Of a DNA stretch of 64,000 nucleotides, positions 1 to 14,120 are shown piece by piece. The notes beneath the pieces are model-generated. The model was not told the DNA's origin and ran no database searches. It saw nothing but the letters and a program-made list of their open reading frames with translations. The DNA comes from Mobula hypostoma. Taxonomy: Eukaryota. A program made the translations under genes and the position numbers. Every line of letters begins with the position of its first letter. The first letter of the stretch is position 1. The stretch covers positions 79,672,001 through 79,736,000 of the forward strand of contig NC_086097.1 in NCBI RefSeq assembly GCF_963921235.1, written 5' to 3'.

Positions 1-1460
1 ACACATGTGAAACAGTGGCTTGGACTTCCACAATGCTCAAGTCCTGTTGGACTATATGGGAACGGCAAATTAGAATTACCAATTGCAAGTCTTGTGGAAG
101 AATTCAAATGCACCAAAGCAAGGTTGGTCATGCCCCTCACTGAATCTGAAGATACTGTTATTTGAACAGTGGCCCCTGGTGTGGCAATGGGGAGGAAGTG
201 GACCCCATCTGAAGCCGTTCAGAGTGCTAAGTCTGCTCTTCGCTTCAGGGACGTGGTTGGCCAAGTCCAACTTGGGAGAGCCGGGCTTGGGCTCGTCCCA
301 AAGGCTCCTCAATGGCACAAGGCAACATAAATGCAGAAGAGATGACTCGTGGTGGAGGAGGTGAGAACACAGGAGGAGGCAGAGCGACACGCCAGGGCCG
401 TCTCAAAGGCCAAGCAGGGCCAATGAACTATTTGGGAGAGCCTGGAAAAGAGGAAACTCAGCTGGCATGACATCTGGGAGACGGAGGGATCTTGGCTAAG
501 TTTTGTCATCAGAGGCACTTATGACCTCCTGTCCACACCCCAGAACCTGAACCAGTGGTGGGGAGAAGACCCCGCTTGCTCTCTTTGTCAAGCACCTGGA
601 TCACTAAGGCACATTTTAACAGGATGCACCACGAGCCTCAGCCATGGGCGGTACACTTGGCAGCATAACCAAGTTCTCAGACAGCTGGCATCAATCTTGG
701 AACAGAGGCGAATCACCACAAATGCTCTCTCACAAATATCGGCAAGAAATGTTCACATCACACGACTTGTACCAGCAGGCCAACCTCCAGAGCACCACAT
801 AACATCAAAAGAGGTAAGCATTCTGCAGGTTGCTCGGGATTGGAAAATGGATGTGGACTTGGGGAAAAAGGCTTGTGTTTCCCCCAGACATTGTGGCTAC
901 AACACTCCGGCCAGACATGGTCCTGTGGTCCACAACAGCCAAGTTGGCATATGTTGTGGAATTGACAGTACCATGGGAAGATAGTGTTGAAGAAGCTTAT
1001 GAGAAGGAAAAGACCAAGTACTCTGAACTGGCAACTGAAGCTGCTCAGAATGGCTGGAAGACCAAGATTTTCCCTGTAGAAGTGGGCTACACCTATGACC
1101 AGTCTATTGAAAAAGATGGGGGTTGGGGTTACTCACTCCAACAAGCAATCAAGTCCTTGTCAAATGCAGCAGAAGAAAGTCGTAACTGGATTTGGATTAA
1201 AAGGGAAGACAACAACTGGGCTGCAAGATGAAGACAAGAGGGTATGGAACTGAGGGGGGTGTATCTGGGATGCCAGGTAACACCGTTGAGCCCTCTGGAG
1301 ATGTCGTGGGCTTATCAATGAAATGTCAAAGAAGGAGAGTGCCCACCTGACGACCCCGATGAGGTACCTACCCTCCTTGACACCACTCCAAGGCCACTGC
1401 CAACATCAAGAGTGCCCACTTATCATAGGGATTGAAACATCAAGTCCTATTAGCTCTACA
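1..1460 (+). mobile_element. Decayed 3' part of an RLE-type non-LTR retrotransposon (HERO-like)
   Basis: CCHC knuckle (CSLC...HILTGC), RYTWQHNQVL and a PD-(D/E)xK-type RPDMVLW...VVELTVPWE...KY motif, with stops and frameshifts. ORF ends at 1231, followed by a 3' UTR. Confidence 0.8.
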
Positions 1461-3029
1461 ATCTACTAATCTATTTTTAATATATACTTCTTGTTGTTGT
1501 TTATAATTTTTATTACTACGTATTCCAATGTGCCGCTGTTGCAAAACAACAAATTTCACAACATGTGCTGGTGATATTAAACCTGATTCTAATTCTGATA
1601 ACTATTCTTTCCAGAAACCTGATTGGATGAGGACTAACCAATCTTCATTTCCTCATTTGGGATGGATAAGGGGGGCATAAATTCCACTGGATGATGCCCA
1701 AGCATCATCCCTAATGAAGATGGCAGAATTTGTCATCAAAATGTTGGTTAAAATTGATACCTGCACTCAGTTGTAAGCCCAAGAATTTATTTCTTATATA
1801 TGCCAGGAAAGCACTAGATCCTTTATTGGGAACTGTACATATTTTAACAATACCAGTAAAAGCAACAGCAATCTGCTTTCAACTGCAATACAATCAAAAT
1901 ATCAGAAAACTTGGCATTTAGAAAAACGTTAAGAACCAGATGTTAACTGTCTACATTTAAATACCTACAACAACATGATTAAATTATTTAAATTTTAAGT
2001 GTCAAGGCTACAACAGAATTAAGAATGTGCTGTGCATCCAATTTGCTATTTCTGTTACACCGAGAGATTTACGAAGCATGTCAGACAAAACCAACCCGAA
2101 AACCTGATTTAATAAGTGAGCCACAAATGCATAATATTGACAAGATTACTTAAACAAATTTGAACCTGAAATTGTTAAAACATATAACACTTGCTTGTTT
2201 TTTCTGACAAATGTAGCCATAGATGGAAGTGGTAGATTCTTGCACCCTTAAAAGTAAATCACAGTTTTTTTTGTAGAAGGAAGAGAATTCACTGATGAGA
2301 GGTTCACTTCTGCATGATTACAGTAACAGATTTCAAAACAATATTGCCTGAAGCTGCAAAATGTGAAACAGATCTATGACTACATTTAAAAAGCAAAGGT
2401 GTGAAAGTACTTTGGAGAAACAAAAAGATGTACAAGACTAGCAAAAAAAAATCAGAAATGTCTGAATTGTTCTATATCTAACATATCTAATGTTTTTGAA
2501 CTTTAACATTTTTGAGATACATGCCTAGAGCCTAATGCTCACAATCAAATAACAACAGAATTTTGTAAGGCCAAATGAATCTCTTTGACCAATAAAGAAG
2601 TTGGCGTTCACAAACTCGACTTTATTGAATGCAGAACAACAGAAAAAAAAAACAAAATGCTGAAAACACTCAGCAGGTCAAGCGGCAGCTGTAGGGAGAG
2701 AAACAGAGTCTATGCTTCACATGAGAGACCCTTCATCACAATGGAAAAGAAGACAAAAGTATCTTACAAAGCTGCTTAGAAGATGGGGAAAGGTTATTTC
2801 TGATACACTGAAAACACCATGACCATGCAGTTAAATTAAAAAAAAGATTTTATTAAAAGCACAGAAGAGATTTCTTTCTCAAAAATTGTTTTCAGAATTT
2901 TGAAATTTTTACTTCTCTAGCCTTGGTAAAAAATTTACATTTCAGAGATTTTCAAAGGTAAATAATTCTCTCTCAAAAATCACTCTTACATTCTCACAGT
3001 TCTCTACTGCCTTTTTGGTTCCATTTGTA

Positions 3030-3270
3030 GGAAAGTCCAAAATCGGAGGGCACAGCAATTTCTTCACCCTGCTGGTGGTGAATCCATGAAATCTGTTACC
3101 ATGGAGCGCTGTGGAAGTTGTTCAGTGTACTTAGGGCAGATATCAATGGGTTTTTGATTGGTAAGAGGGTTAAAGAGAGTAGGTGGGAGAATGGGGTTGA
3201 AAAAAATCAGTTATGATTGAATGGCTGAGCAGACTGAATCAGCAGAATGGTCTAATTCTGCTTCTATAAC
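3030..3270 (+). mobile_element. CR1 LINE 3' fragment
   Basis: Similar to the CR1 3' end at 56820-56950 and 58571-58745 (...gaatggtctaattctgct). Confidence 0.6.
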
Positions 3271-6200
3271 TATGTAGGTGAGTGGTAAAATCTAGAGAGG
3301 TTGATGGAAATGTGGGAAAATAAAACAGCATTAATATAAATGGATGCTTGATGGTCAGCGTTGTTTCATTAAGTCAGACAGCCTGTTTCTAAGGTGTATG
3401 ATTCTAATGGTAATATGCCATGGCTATTGAAAATCTGAAATTAAAACAAAATTGTTAAGATTTCGGGTGATCGTTTTCCATTAATTCTGATAAAAGGGTA
3501 TTGATATGTTATTATTTCTGATTCTCACTCTATAGACGCTGCCAAACCTGCCAAGTATTCCTAGCATTTTCTCTTCTATTACCCATCTTATCTGTTAACT
3601 GCATCACATTTGGCAGCAGTCCTGTCTGGGGAAGAAGGGGAAGTTCTCATTTCAGAGGCAATCACAAAATCTAGGATGATGGTGACATTCAGAACAGATG
3701 TTAATGTGAAGTACTATTATTCTAAGGTTAACTGAAAAGGTGAAGTAGAACAGCAGAATTATACAGTATCTTGACTAATACTCATCCGCCAACCATCATC
3801 CATAAAAAAGTGAACATAATTTGGTTGTTATCAGATCTCTGTTAGTGGGAGTATATGCAAATTGGCTGTCATGTTTCTAACACATACTCTAAAGCAATGA
3901 GTCGTGTTAGGTCTTTCAGGTCAGTAAATGTATTTTCAGATTCCTCTTGATTCGATTGCTGTCTTTGTTTTTTCTAAATTTCCATCTGTACAGCTGTAAG
4001 CTTATTTTAGCTGACATAGATAATGTCTTGCTTAACTTTTCCACATATATCAGATCTCACTTTGTTCAATCATTTTGTAGCTTAGTTGTTATTTTACAGT
4101 CAGTTGTGCCCTGGTAACTGAAACACACTGCCAATTGTTCATTTGCTTACAATTGATATAATTCCACAATTAGCGGTGTCAAACACAATCACCGAAAAAA
4201 TATCACCTGCTGCCTTTGCCTCTTTCCAGGAGCTACTTCTTAGCACATCTTTCCAATCTGTGCATTTAAAACTTATGTTCATAGAGTGGAGAAATTAGAA
4301 TTGATTGCATTGATTTTATTGCAATGACAAGAGTTTGTGCAAGGTTGAAGCTGAGTGTAAATACCTGTGCTACCCATCGCATCTGATAAAACATTGGCCG
4401 GTAATAGGTGGCGACTGAATGTCAAGTGATATTTTGCAGCTCAAAGCTCCAGCTAACAAACTACCTTAATCCTGCATGTTAGAACATGCAATATAAATAA
4501 CAAGAAGTTCCACTCATCAATATTATTTAAAGGGATTACTGACGATTTACTAGTTATTTTCACTGATTTCTTCCTTATATTTGATGCATGCTTGAGTTGA
4601 TTCAGCTTGCATTATGTTGTGTCACAGTAAACGTTGTTATCTGATATGGATTATTAGCAGGCCTACCACTTACAGTAAAACGTGACCATGTTAATACTTT
4701 TGGCTTGAGAAGTAAGACAAGTTAATAAGCGAGAAGGATGCGAAGATGGGCTTTCAACAGGCGACTGTAATTACAGAACTGTTCAGGGAACAAAGTGGTT
4801 ATAGAAGAGGCTACCTCTTAAGTGGAATGCCACTTACAATGATAAACAAATTCCAACAAGCAGTAAAATATTAAACCCCTTCACTTCACCTAAAATCAAC
4901 TTCTTTACCCAAAATCATAAATGAAATTAATCTATAATCTAAACAAATATTAATTTCTCATTCCCCTGGACATTATCTTTAGGGAGTTTTCACTCTGCTG
5001 GAGCCACTCTATTGGCAACAATATGACTGCTAGAGGCAGCCAAATTTCATTGGTGGTTCCAGAACCACTGTAGTGCTGGCCATCATTTCTGTACTGGTCA
5101 GGACGGGATCAAAGCTCTGCATATTGTCCTTATCCAAGTTCATGAATGACTCCTTCCTTGCTTCTTGAATTTCAAAACACCAAACATTTCATTGTGCACA
5201 CTCATTAGTGCTTTTCTAACACCTCATCCTTTTGAAGACCTCACTTGAGTCCTCCACACTGAGACTTACATATAACCTCATCCTCTTCAGATCTGGCTCT
5301 TGAGTAAGCTCCAACTGCAACAATTAACTATATTATTTTCTTGAAAACTACACATCTTTTTCATATCTCAGGTTGTGGGTGGAGGTTTGAAACTGAGTGG
5401 TAATGTACCTTTGTGTTCACTGACATTTTTCTCTTCCTGTACTTCCTGGCTAGTTCATAAGTATTTGAAATGAAAAAGGGAAAGTGTTATGGATGAGGTG
5501 TATATGGAAGGGGAAGCAGCTAACTTTTGTCACCTGCAGCCCAGAGGTTTCAACAGAATGGGGCTGAGTGCAGGGAGGACGTAGTAAACATGGTTAGATA
5601 TGTGGAAAAGGGTTCAGTCCTGTCACTGACCACAGTCCAGCAGCAGTCTTTCCAATGATGGATGAACCATCACCTCACCTCTGGGGAAAAAATAAGGGAC
5701 AGGTAAGTGCTTCTCCAATTAGTTGCTGTTGCCATGTCTTGAAAGAGAGAGAAGTGTATCAGTGAGAGTCAGATGCATTAGTGAAAGCGAAATGTGCCTG
5801 TGGCAGGGAAACATGTCATGGAAACTCGTTTTATGTCCGCACTCTGTTCAACGGCCATATCTTAAATCTGTACCATGATTCATGTTCGTATTTTTTTTGG
5901 TGAGGGGCCATTGTTAAACTCAACCTTGTGCAGTTAGTAAATGTTCGGATTTTTTAAAAATGCCCATGATTTTCAGACTACCTTAATGATTTACAGAAAT
6001 TCATTAATGTACTACAAACATTTCTCAGTCAGAATGCATGGCAGTTTCTCCCTCGGCTACTTCAAACCTGCAACTCCTGTCACCAAGGACAAAGGCAGCT
6101 GATGAATGGAAACACCGCGACTTAGAGATTTATCTTTCTTATTTGGAATTATATAACAAGTTTTATGCCAACTCTGCTTCTAAACCCTAGAGTTTCCTAC

Positions 6201-7789
6201 CCTATAGCACTGTGGGAATAGCTTCGCTAGAAGGACCTCTGCAATTTAAGAAGGCAGCACCATTATGTTTTTAAGAATAGTTAAGATGGGTAGTAAATTC
6301 TGGCCTTGCCAGTGTCACTCTACTTTCAAAAACGAATAAAAAAATTTACAGGAGCTTTCTATTTGGCTTAATTAACCAAAATTCTTTTACAGAAAAACGG
6401 GGTACTTTAAACAATGGTTCATACTTATTATTTTCCTCTCTTCATGGCATCCACCATCAAGGGCTGAAAGACTAGTGGGCCCTCTTTCATAAGACTAGTT
6501 GCTTAGGAGTGCAAACTCTGGTTGAGTATTCCTGTGGATTTCATCATATGTGGATTTCTGAATTTGATTACCCTTGCTGTCCATCCTTATGACACTCCCT
6601 TCTGCAATATTTTAATAGCTAGGAATGAGAAAACTGTTCAAAGAAAATGCCATATTTTAATTCTCATCTGCTTTGTCTTTATTACTTCAGCAATGATCTG
6701 AAGACCAAAGATTATTTCAAAGTCCATCCCAGTCTTGGAAGGCTGGCAAACCGATACATTTACATGCGCAAGAAATGCTTCTGACTTGCCCTGTGTGAAA
6801 GATTCTAACTCCCTCTTGGCCTCTCCACAAATGGCATGACTGACTCAAACAGCATAATGCTGGATACAAAATTCTGTCTATGAGGATTAACATCCTTTAG
6901 TTTTGAGTATTAATGAACCACAGTGGTTCATTTGCCAGAGTGCCTAATTTATAAGAAGCCTGGCTTGAGGGGTTAAACTATTTGTAATGTTTGTTCTGTC
7001 TTTCTTGGATGGTTCACTTTTGCCTCTACTCACCTGCACTCCATTTGCTGTTACTTCCTCCAGTAACTTTCCTTTCATTCTCCATTCCATTTCACTCCCT
7101 CTCACATTTTAGACTCAGAAATATTGCAATAGCTTAGTCAGCATAATTCCAGTTGCTGAAGATAAGACCAGAGGAAGTGATCTGACTGGAGTCACTAAGG
7201 AAATAACTCAGAGACAGCAACATTCTAGACCATCTCTTAATTTTCAAAGTTCACTATTCAATGAGTAGCCTTTCCCAATGCTTTCATGCTCAAACAGCCT
7301 TAAAGTGCTTCCAAATCCTTTGCAAACTAACACAAAGATGGCAAATGGGCAGGTGTTTAAGGGTCAGATTGAAGGTGAAAGTCTGCTGATGATGCACAGA
7401 TTATTATGTGCATTTCATAGTTTTTAAAATATTCTGTTTCCTTGCATAAACTGCAAAGATCCTATTTTTACCATAAAATACACTTTTATCACTTTAGAAC
7501 CAATTCTGTCAGGAAGTTTGAGAATTTTGTAAGTTACAGTATGAAAACAACTCCTAAGATTTCAAGAAAACACCCCTACTCAATATACAATCATCAACAT
7601 ACCTTGCAAACAGCTATATTAAACCTAATATGTCATCAGCTAACTTAGTTGAAAGAAAAGATTGATTACAGTACAGACAGTACACTATTATCACTGTTTT
7701 TTAATATGGTGGAGTATCTCACTACCGATACACGATTGCAAAATAGAAGAATTCTTAAAAACCACCCAGTTCAAGTTTAACATCGTGTA

Positions 7790-8140
7790 TAAATAATAGA
7801 CCTGATAGAGATATATAAGATGACAAGAAGCATTGACAGAATGGATAGGTAGTGCCTTTTTGCAGGCACGAAAGCTAATATGAGAGGGCATAATTTTAAG
7901 ATGATTGGAGGAAAGTTAGGGGGGAAATACAGCCATTTATACAGATCGGTAAGTGCATGGAAGGCATTGCAAGGGATGGTGGTAGAGATAGGTATATTAG
8001 AGATGTTTAAGAGACTATTAAATAGGCACTTATATGAAAGAAAAATGGAGGGAAGGATTAATTGATCTTGGAGTAGATTAAAAGACTGGCACAACATCGT
8101 GGGTTGAACAGCCTGCACTGTGCTATACTGTTCTATGTTC
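7790..8140 (+). mobile_element. CR1 LINE 3' fragment
   Basis: RGHNFK...WKAL..VVE...FKRLL CR1 ORF2 C-terminal motif, ending in a (TTCTATG)-like tail. Confidence 0.7.
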
Positions 8141-10091
8141 TGACACAGCTGTTTTTGGAGTTTGCATATACACCTGTTCTAATTTAAAGTTTAATCCATA
8201 GATTGGCAGCTAGCTTCATTAAATTAATTGAACTTTGGGCACATGAAGAAGTTATGATGCAAAACCAGAACAGGTTAAGTTCAAGGCACCAGCAAAGCTC
8301 GTTGAAAGCTGCTTCAAAATTTGATTCAGTATTTCCTGAGCCACCTGTAAGGATTCACATTGACATTAAGGATTCATATTGATTCATTTTCATGTTTACA
8401 TCAGCAAATGTACCTTTGAGAAGTAAAAGACTGCCATTTTTTTGTAGAGGAGATAAAGAAAAGTTGCAATATAAATCAATTCAATTCACATATTCCTGCA
8501 GATTTTTCTATTATCTTCTTGCCCCTTGCACAAAAATGAAACCGAAGGCATATTTTGAAATGATAACCATAACTACAGCATGATTTAACACAAGTATGAT
8601 CAAAGCCTACACCTACTAATTTTTTGAATATAAGCAATTGGCACACCATCATTTATTTAATAGCCATTTAGGCATAGAAGTGTTTTTCATCTTTATGTTC
8701 ATACTGTATATTCTATATGAGTCTATATTTCTCTTGAATCAATGTTCAAAGAATCATATTTTATGTTCATGTCATGGTTAGTCACACAATAGAATCCATT
8801 TGTAACTCAATGAAGGGTGACACAATTAATTAAATGTTACTGAGAACTCCTGTAAGGTTAGGTTATTATTAGTGCAATTTGCCTAAAGAATTGTACCTCT
8901 AGATTAATTCTCCTTCACTGAAACTGAAAATACAAATGACACACAATAACTAAAGTTCAACAACGAGACAGCCAGCTAAACAAGTCAATACTTCAAGTAA
9001 AATTTAAAAGCAGGGGAGTTTGTTACTCAGATTATTGCAAAATGGAAAATCAAGGTAGTTAAATTAAAACAATGAAGTTATCAATTTGTAAAACTAACAG
9101 AATTTTGATAGAATAATTAGACTATGACTTAATGAGTCATTATTAGGCCTTGTTTTGCAAATCTCTGAAGAGTTTTAAATCTACACAGTGAACACAATCG
9201 GCAATTAGATAATCAACCAAGTTAGTCAACTTCAAATGATGTCCTTGGTCAACTATAAGAATGTAATTAAGATTATCCACTCATTTATTTTTTTAAAAAA
9301 AGCAGTCTGTGGTACAATCTCTGGCCTCCCAACTTACTCCAGTGAAACACACTTAAGCAAATGAGAGAGTGACCAATTGCAATGATTTATCACAATATTG
9401 GAAAAGTTCATAAAGGAAAGACGTCCCTCAACACCCTCCCCCTCAACAGTTGCCAGAACTGTTCTGGCAGGCAGGATTTTCTCAATCTCCTCATTAATAA
9501 TGCAAAATTGCATACATGAACCCCATGAATCCTGTGCCCTAGTTTGTTAGGTTTTTTAAAATCAGACTTTACCAGCCAAATGTTTAGGGATTTATTGTAA
9601 ATAATTCTGTTGTACACTACAGCTGAATCAAATATATATGGCATCTGGTAAGCTGAAGTAAAGAAAACTTTTGTATAATCTCAAAACATTTACTGTATTC
9701 TAAACTTGGAATTCAAAGACACTGATTTACTTTAAATGATAATGGAAGTGAGCACTACATTTTGTCATGTAAAACATGTAGGATCATCGTTGTTAGAAAA
9801 GCTTGCTTATGACTCATTACCAATTACCATCAAAATCATGAAAATTTCAAGTACAACATATTTTGTCTTCACTAAAGATATAGATTAATTTCTGCACCCT
9901 TATCAAGATGTTAAAAATCAGTCAACAACATTATGTAATTTTTAAAACAAAAGTTTCAGTTTAGTTACCAAGAATTATATCTCTACTTTTGAGGTAATCC
10001 TCATCACTCTCAAATTTCAGGAGCAGATGATCTCTTATCAATTAACTAACCAAACTGAAGATTTCTAAGAGTGCTTCTAGTAACAACTTAC

Positions 10092-10226
10092 TTTTGGTGT
10101 GGGGCAAGAAGCTGTGGATAGCCGTGATGTAGCTTGAGCTCGTGGTGATTCGGATGGAGTCGTGCTCAGCGATGCATTGTCTCGTGGAAGGACTTGAACA
10201 CCACGAGAAATAATCGAATCTGGGAT
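10092..10226 (-). CDS. gphn: Gephyrin coding exon, 135 nt, [45 protein letters not shown]
   Basis: Lies within ORF 10077..10286. Acceptor tactttcAG, donor GTaagt. Confidence 0.97.
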
Positions 10227-11966
10227 CTGAAAGTATAATAAATGCTGAAGATAATAAATTACAACAACTATTCTTTTACTGCTCAATTCAACTTTACATG
10301 AACTATTTGAAAACTAAATACTTTAAATTCATTTCCCTTTCAGGTTTGATTTCACTTCACTTCATAAAATGTTCAAATAGCAAATTTGAATCTAAAGGTG
10401 AAATATTTCTTAATTTATTATTCTTTATGCTTCCAAGACTTGATACATTTACGTTGTTTGCCAATTCTAAACTTGTAAAAGTGAAAGTAATATAAGCCGT
10501 AAAGTGGCAAAACATTTTTAAAGCAATTCTTTGTTACAATTATGAAACTACAAATCTACATGATTGAGCAAAATGCTGATAACCTGTAGTACCAGTATTA
10601 CAAATTTGGAGATTTCTTGGTTTTATCAACAAGCTTAATATGTAGTACCAAACATTTATTCCAGGACTAATATTAATAAGCAACAATCTTAATAATTTTA
10701 TACATTACATTAATCATAAATTATATTACTTAAATGTAAGAAAATGCACCAAACATTTCATTTACAATCATTACACTTATGGAAATTGATCACTTGCACT
10801 AATATGGCAGGAGCGATCACTTCTGCAAAGTATGGTTTCCCAATGTTATTTTTTGTAGAAAGGTGTGTATCAATCTTAAGTTGGATCTACTAATTAAAAA
10901 TCTTTTGTATAAATTATAAAGGAAAAATAAAAAATGTAGTGCAAACTGTATTTTTTTTAAAGAAACTTCTAAAATTGGGTATCCACTGGGAGTCTGCAAG
11001 TTTATAAATGTGACAACAATCAATGCAGGAATGATACAGCTATTAAAAAGATTCTGTGATTAATTTGGCTTACTTCAATTTCTCTAGGTAGGCTAGATTC
11101 TACAGCAGCAAGAATAATCCCTTTGAACTAACCTTTAATGCCTTTTTTTGTTTATTGTGTTCATGTTTTTAACCCATTGATTTAGTGTCCCTTGTCGAAG
11201 GGGAATCTGCTCCCTTCTCCATTTTCCATGGTCGTAGTCCAGCTTTTGAAGTAAAGCTTATGTACATTTTAGAAAACAGTTCTGGGAATCTTGATAGCCA
11301 ATTTTAAAATGAAACTTAAACATAACTCATACCTTTATCACCTGCTATGCAAAGTACACAGCAACACTGGTTGAGTACCTAAACATCCTACAGATTTATT
11401 TGAACATTTGTTTTGTTTTTAAGAGCCTACAATGATTTTCAATATAAATCCAGATGTACTTACAATTATTATAATTAAAAACAGATATAATCTTCAATCT
11501 ATAAACAAACTTTACATTAGTGGGATCTGACAGTAACAACAACTGCACCAATTATGCTGCTTGTCACTGAGATATTCTTAAGGCTACATCTGCTTTATTC
11601 TAATTTAATAATATTAGTTCTCAATCTTTAATCCCACAAATTGTTCTAAAGGGAAGGTATTTAGTCATTTAATCAAACAGATAAAAAAGTACAAGGACAT
11701 TTTATTATCTAGTGCTTCATGACAAATGAACGAAATGATTAATGAATGAGTCACATGAAGTCAATGACATAAATGAAAAAAAACAAATCACAATTATGAA
11801 GATACATAATTTAGTGAGAATTTAACAGGATGAACATGTTGAAAAGGATAACCTAAATGGCTAAAATTTAATTGAAAGAATAAAATCAGTGCAAGTGGTT
11901 CATTTCCTCATGAAGGACAACATAGTGCCAGGTGTTTACTTTTAATGCCTCTTTGCTGTCTCTTAC

Positions 11967-12074
11967 CGGCTCTCCTGCACTGATGGCAGTATGAGAGTGA
12001 TGACCAATGAAACCAGGGACAGGTTTACCACCTTTAGCCATGACAGGAGCGGGACTGTGTACAAGTTGGAAGTT
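11967..12074 (-). CDS. gphn: Gephyrin alternatively spliced C3 cassette exon, 108 nt, [36 protein letters not shown]
   Basis: 36 codons, phase 0/0, acceptor catcAG and donor GTaaga. Sits between ...AAK and IPDS... and resembles mammalian C3 (SPAV.MA..G.P.PG.I..SH). Confidence 0.9.
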
Positions 12075-12221
12075 CTGATGTACAACACAACTATCAGCAC
12101 TATGACAGGAAAACACAGGCAACTGGAGAAAAACAAGCAAAAATGATTTGATGGGTAACAATGAAATAGGTAGGTTTGATTCTACATGTATGAAATCCCT
12201 ATTGTGCGGGAAGTTTCTTAC

Positions 12222-12494
12222 CTTGGCTGCTATGGCTGCTGCAGTGATATGTGAGGATGAGCTCTCTTCAGTTGAAGCCACTCCACTGTCTTTCTTCTCT
12301 TCCTCCTCATCTTCACACTGAACACCTTTGTCTTCTGTCTGTTTGTGTGGGCTGGTGGTAGGAGGAGGGGACAATGGTGGTGGAGGTGATGGAAGGTCTT
12401 CCAATTCATCATGAACTTCTTTCACTTTCACAACTGCATCCCTCAACAAGTCAATAGCATGAGGTAGGGCAGGTAATATAAACTGGAAGCATTC
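12222..12494 (-). CDS. gphn: Gephyrin coding exon, 273 nt, [19 protein letters not shown]...[11 protein letters not shown] (end of G domain, start of linker)
   Basis: Lies within ORF 11886..12509 and includes the Pro-rich [11 protein letters not shown] segment. Acceptor acccAG, donor GTaaga. Confidence 0.97.
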
Positions 12495-13535
12495 CTGGGT
12501 ACAATTCAAAAGTCAAATTAAAAGCATTTAAGAAATATATAGTTGTAATTTAATACTCAATTGCAGATAGCATTTATTATTATGTCAACCAAATTCAATA
12601 AAGTAATAAATACAAAGTAAACCATTCAAGAGGGATTACTTTTTCTACAAACTGGATGACTTCATAAACAAAGCAAGAATCAATCAATTAATCAAACCAC
12701 AGGGACTGTTTCAAGGATTTTCTCCTCATTGTTTATAGTTACACTACTCAAATAATGGTTGCAGTTTTTTTGTAAAGGGTACTCTGTAGATTTAATTTTT
12801 GCTTAATTACTTGTGCTGGATGCATGAAAGCAAACATTTTTCTCTGTAAACTTCTGGTATCTATTCTGTACATCCTGTTCTGAACAACATGATCCAATTA
12901 AAATATAGCTTCGTAAGTCATCTTGACATAACGTTGGATATGGTGAAATTGTGATCCAGAGGTTCTTTGGGAGTCAAGAATAAGGCATAAACTTGGTGGT
13001 TTTGGCCATTTATTTGGTATTACAAGTTCAAAGAATGTTCTTTTAATCTTTTTCTATTCAAAGAACATCCTTTACTAAAAGCTAGCTCAGACTAGAGAGA
13101 TAACAAGAAATTCTGATAAGAAATAACCTACAAAATAGGTTCAGTGTTGTGACATAGGTTGTAGAGAAACTTCTAAAAAATACAGAATCAGCTATATTAC
13201 AATCACACACATACAGATGATCAAATAAAAGTTATAAGCAAGCATAGGAAAGTTAAACTACAAGAAAAATACAAGATAAATAGCAATTCTACAATCAAAC
13301 CCAACAATAGCAAAACAGATATGTAACAAAATAGCTAATTTTATGTGTCAAAACCATTGGGAAATATACACTCAGTGGCCACTTTATTAGGTACAGGAGG
13401 TGTACAAAGATACTGCATTTTTCCTGGGACAGGAAAGTGGGTAGTCAGAAAAGAAAGCAGAGCAACAATTAATTAATTACTATATTAACTAATTAAAAGG
13501 AATTTTGATCAACTTGTGTATCAAGTACTTGTCTA

Positions 13536-13751
<216 letters not shown>

Positions 13752-13921
13752 TCAAGACTCAAATGAACTAGATCCCTTCTATGCATTATGTTAAAATGTT
13801 CTTTACTAAAATAATTGTAGAACTACAGATTATTGCTTAATTTAACTGAGTAAAGCTCCAATAGTCAGTTATCTTTGGGACTTTGGTGATGTTGGGATGG
13901 GAGATTTTATATACTATTTGG

Positions 13922-14120
13922 TGCTCAAGATGGCTGTGGCTCAAAAGAGGGGAGCCATGGAGTCATAAGTAGCTAGCCATCTGGACACAGGCTGGGGTCT
14001 GATCAGCCCTGGCTGGGTCACCTGGAGGAGGTTGTATGATGTTGAAAGACCCGAAACAGCTGATAATTCCAGGAACATCACTGAAGATGTGTCCAGAAGC
14101 ATCAATAGATGTATGTACAC
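13922..14120 (+). mobile_element. Short 5'-truncated HERO-like LINE 3' end (second subfamily)
   Basis: Encodes SRWLWLKRGEPWSHK*, comparable to the C-terminus SRNWIWIKREDNNW of the element at 1-1460, followed by a 3' UTR. Confidence 0.55.

Noticed and set aside
1250..1400. CTGACGA in the HERO-like 3' UTR as a hammerhead
   Set aside because: No downstream stem II followed by a GAAA box.
4360..4460. AG...GT-bounded segments as possible C4 cassette exons
   Set aside because: In-frame stops in phase 0 and no similarity to known cassettes.
11886..12509. 207-aa ORF as a single-exon protein
   Set aside because: It is two gephyrin exons plus in-frame intron sequence, and the splice sites are clear.
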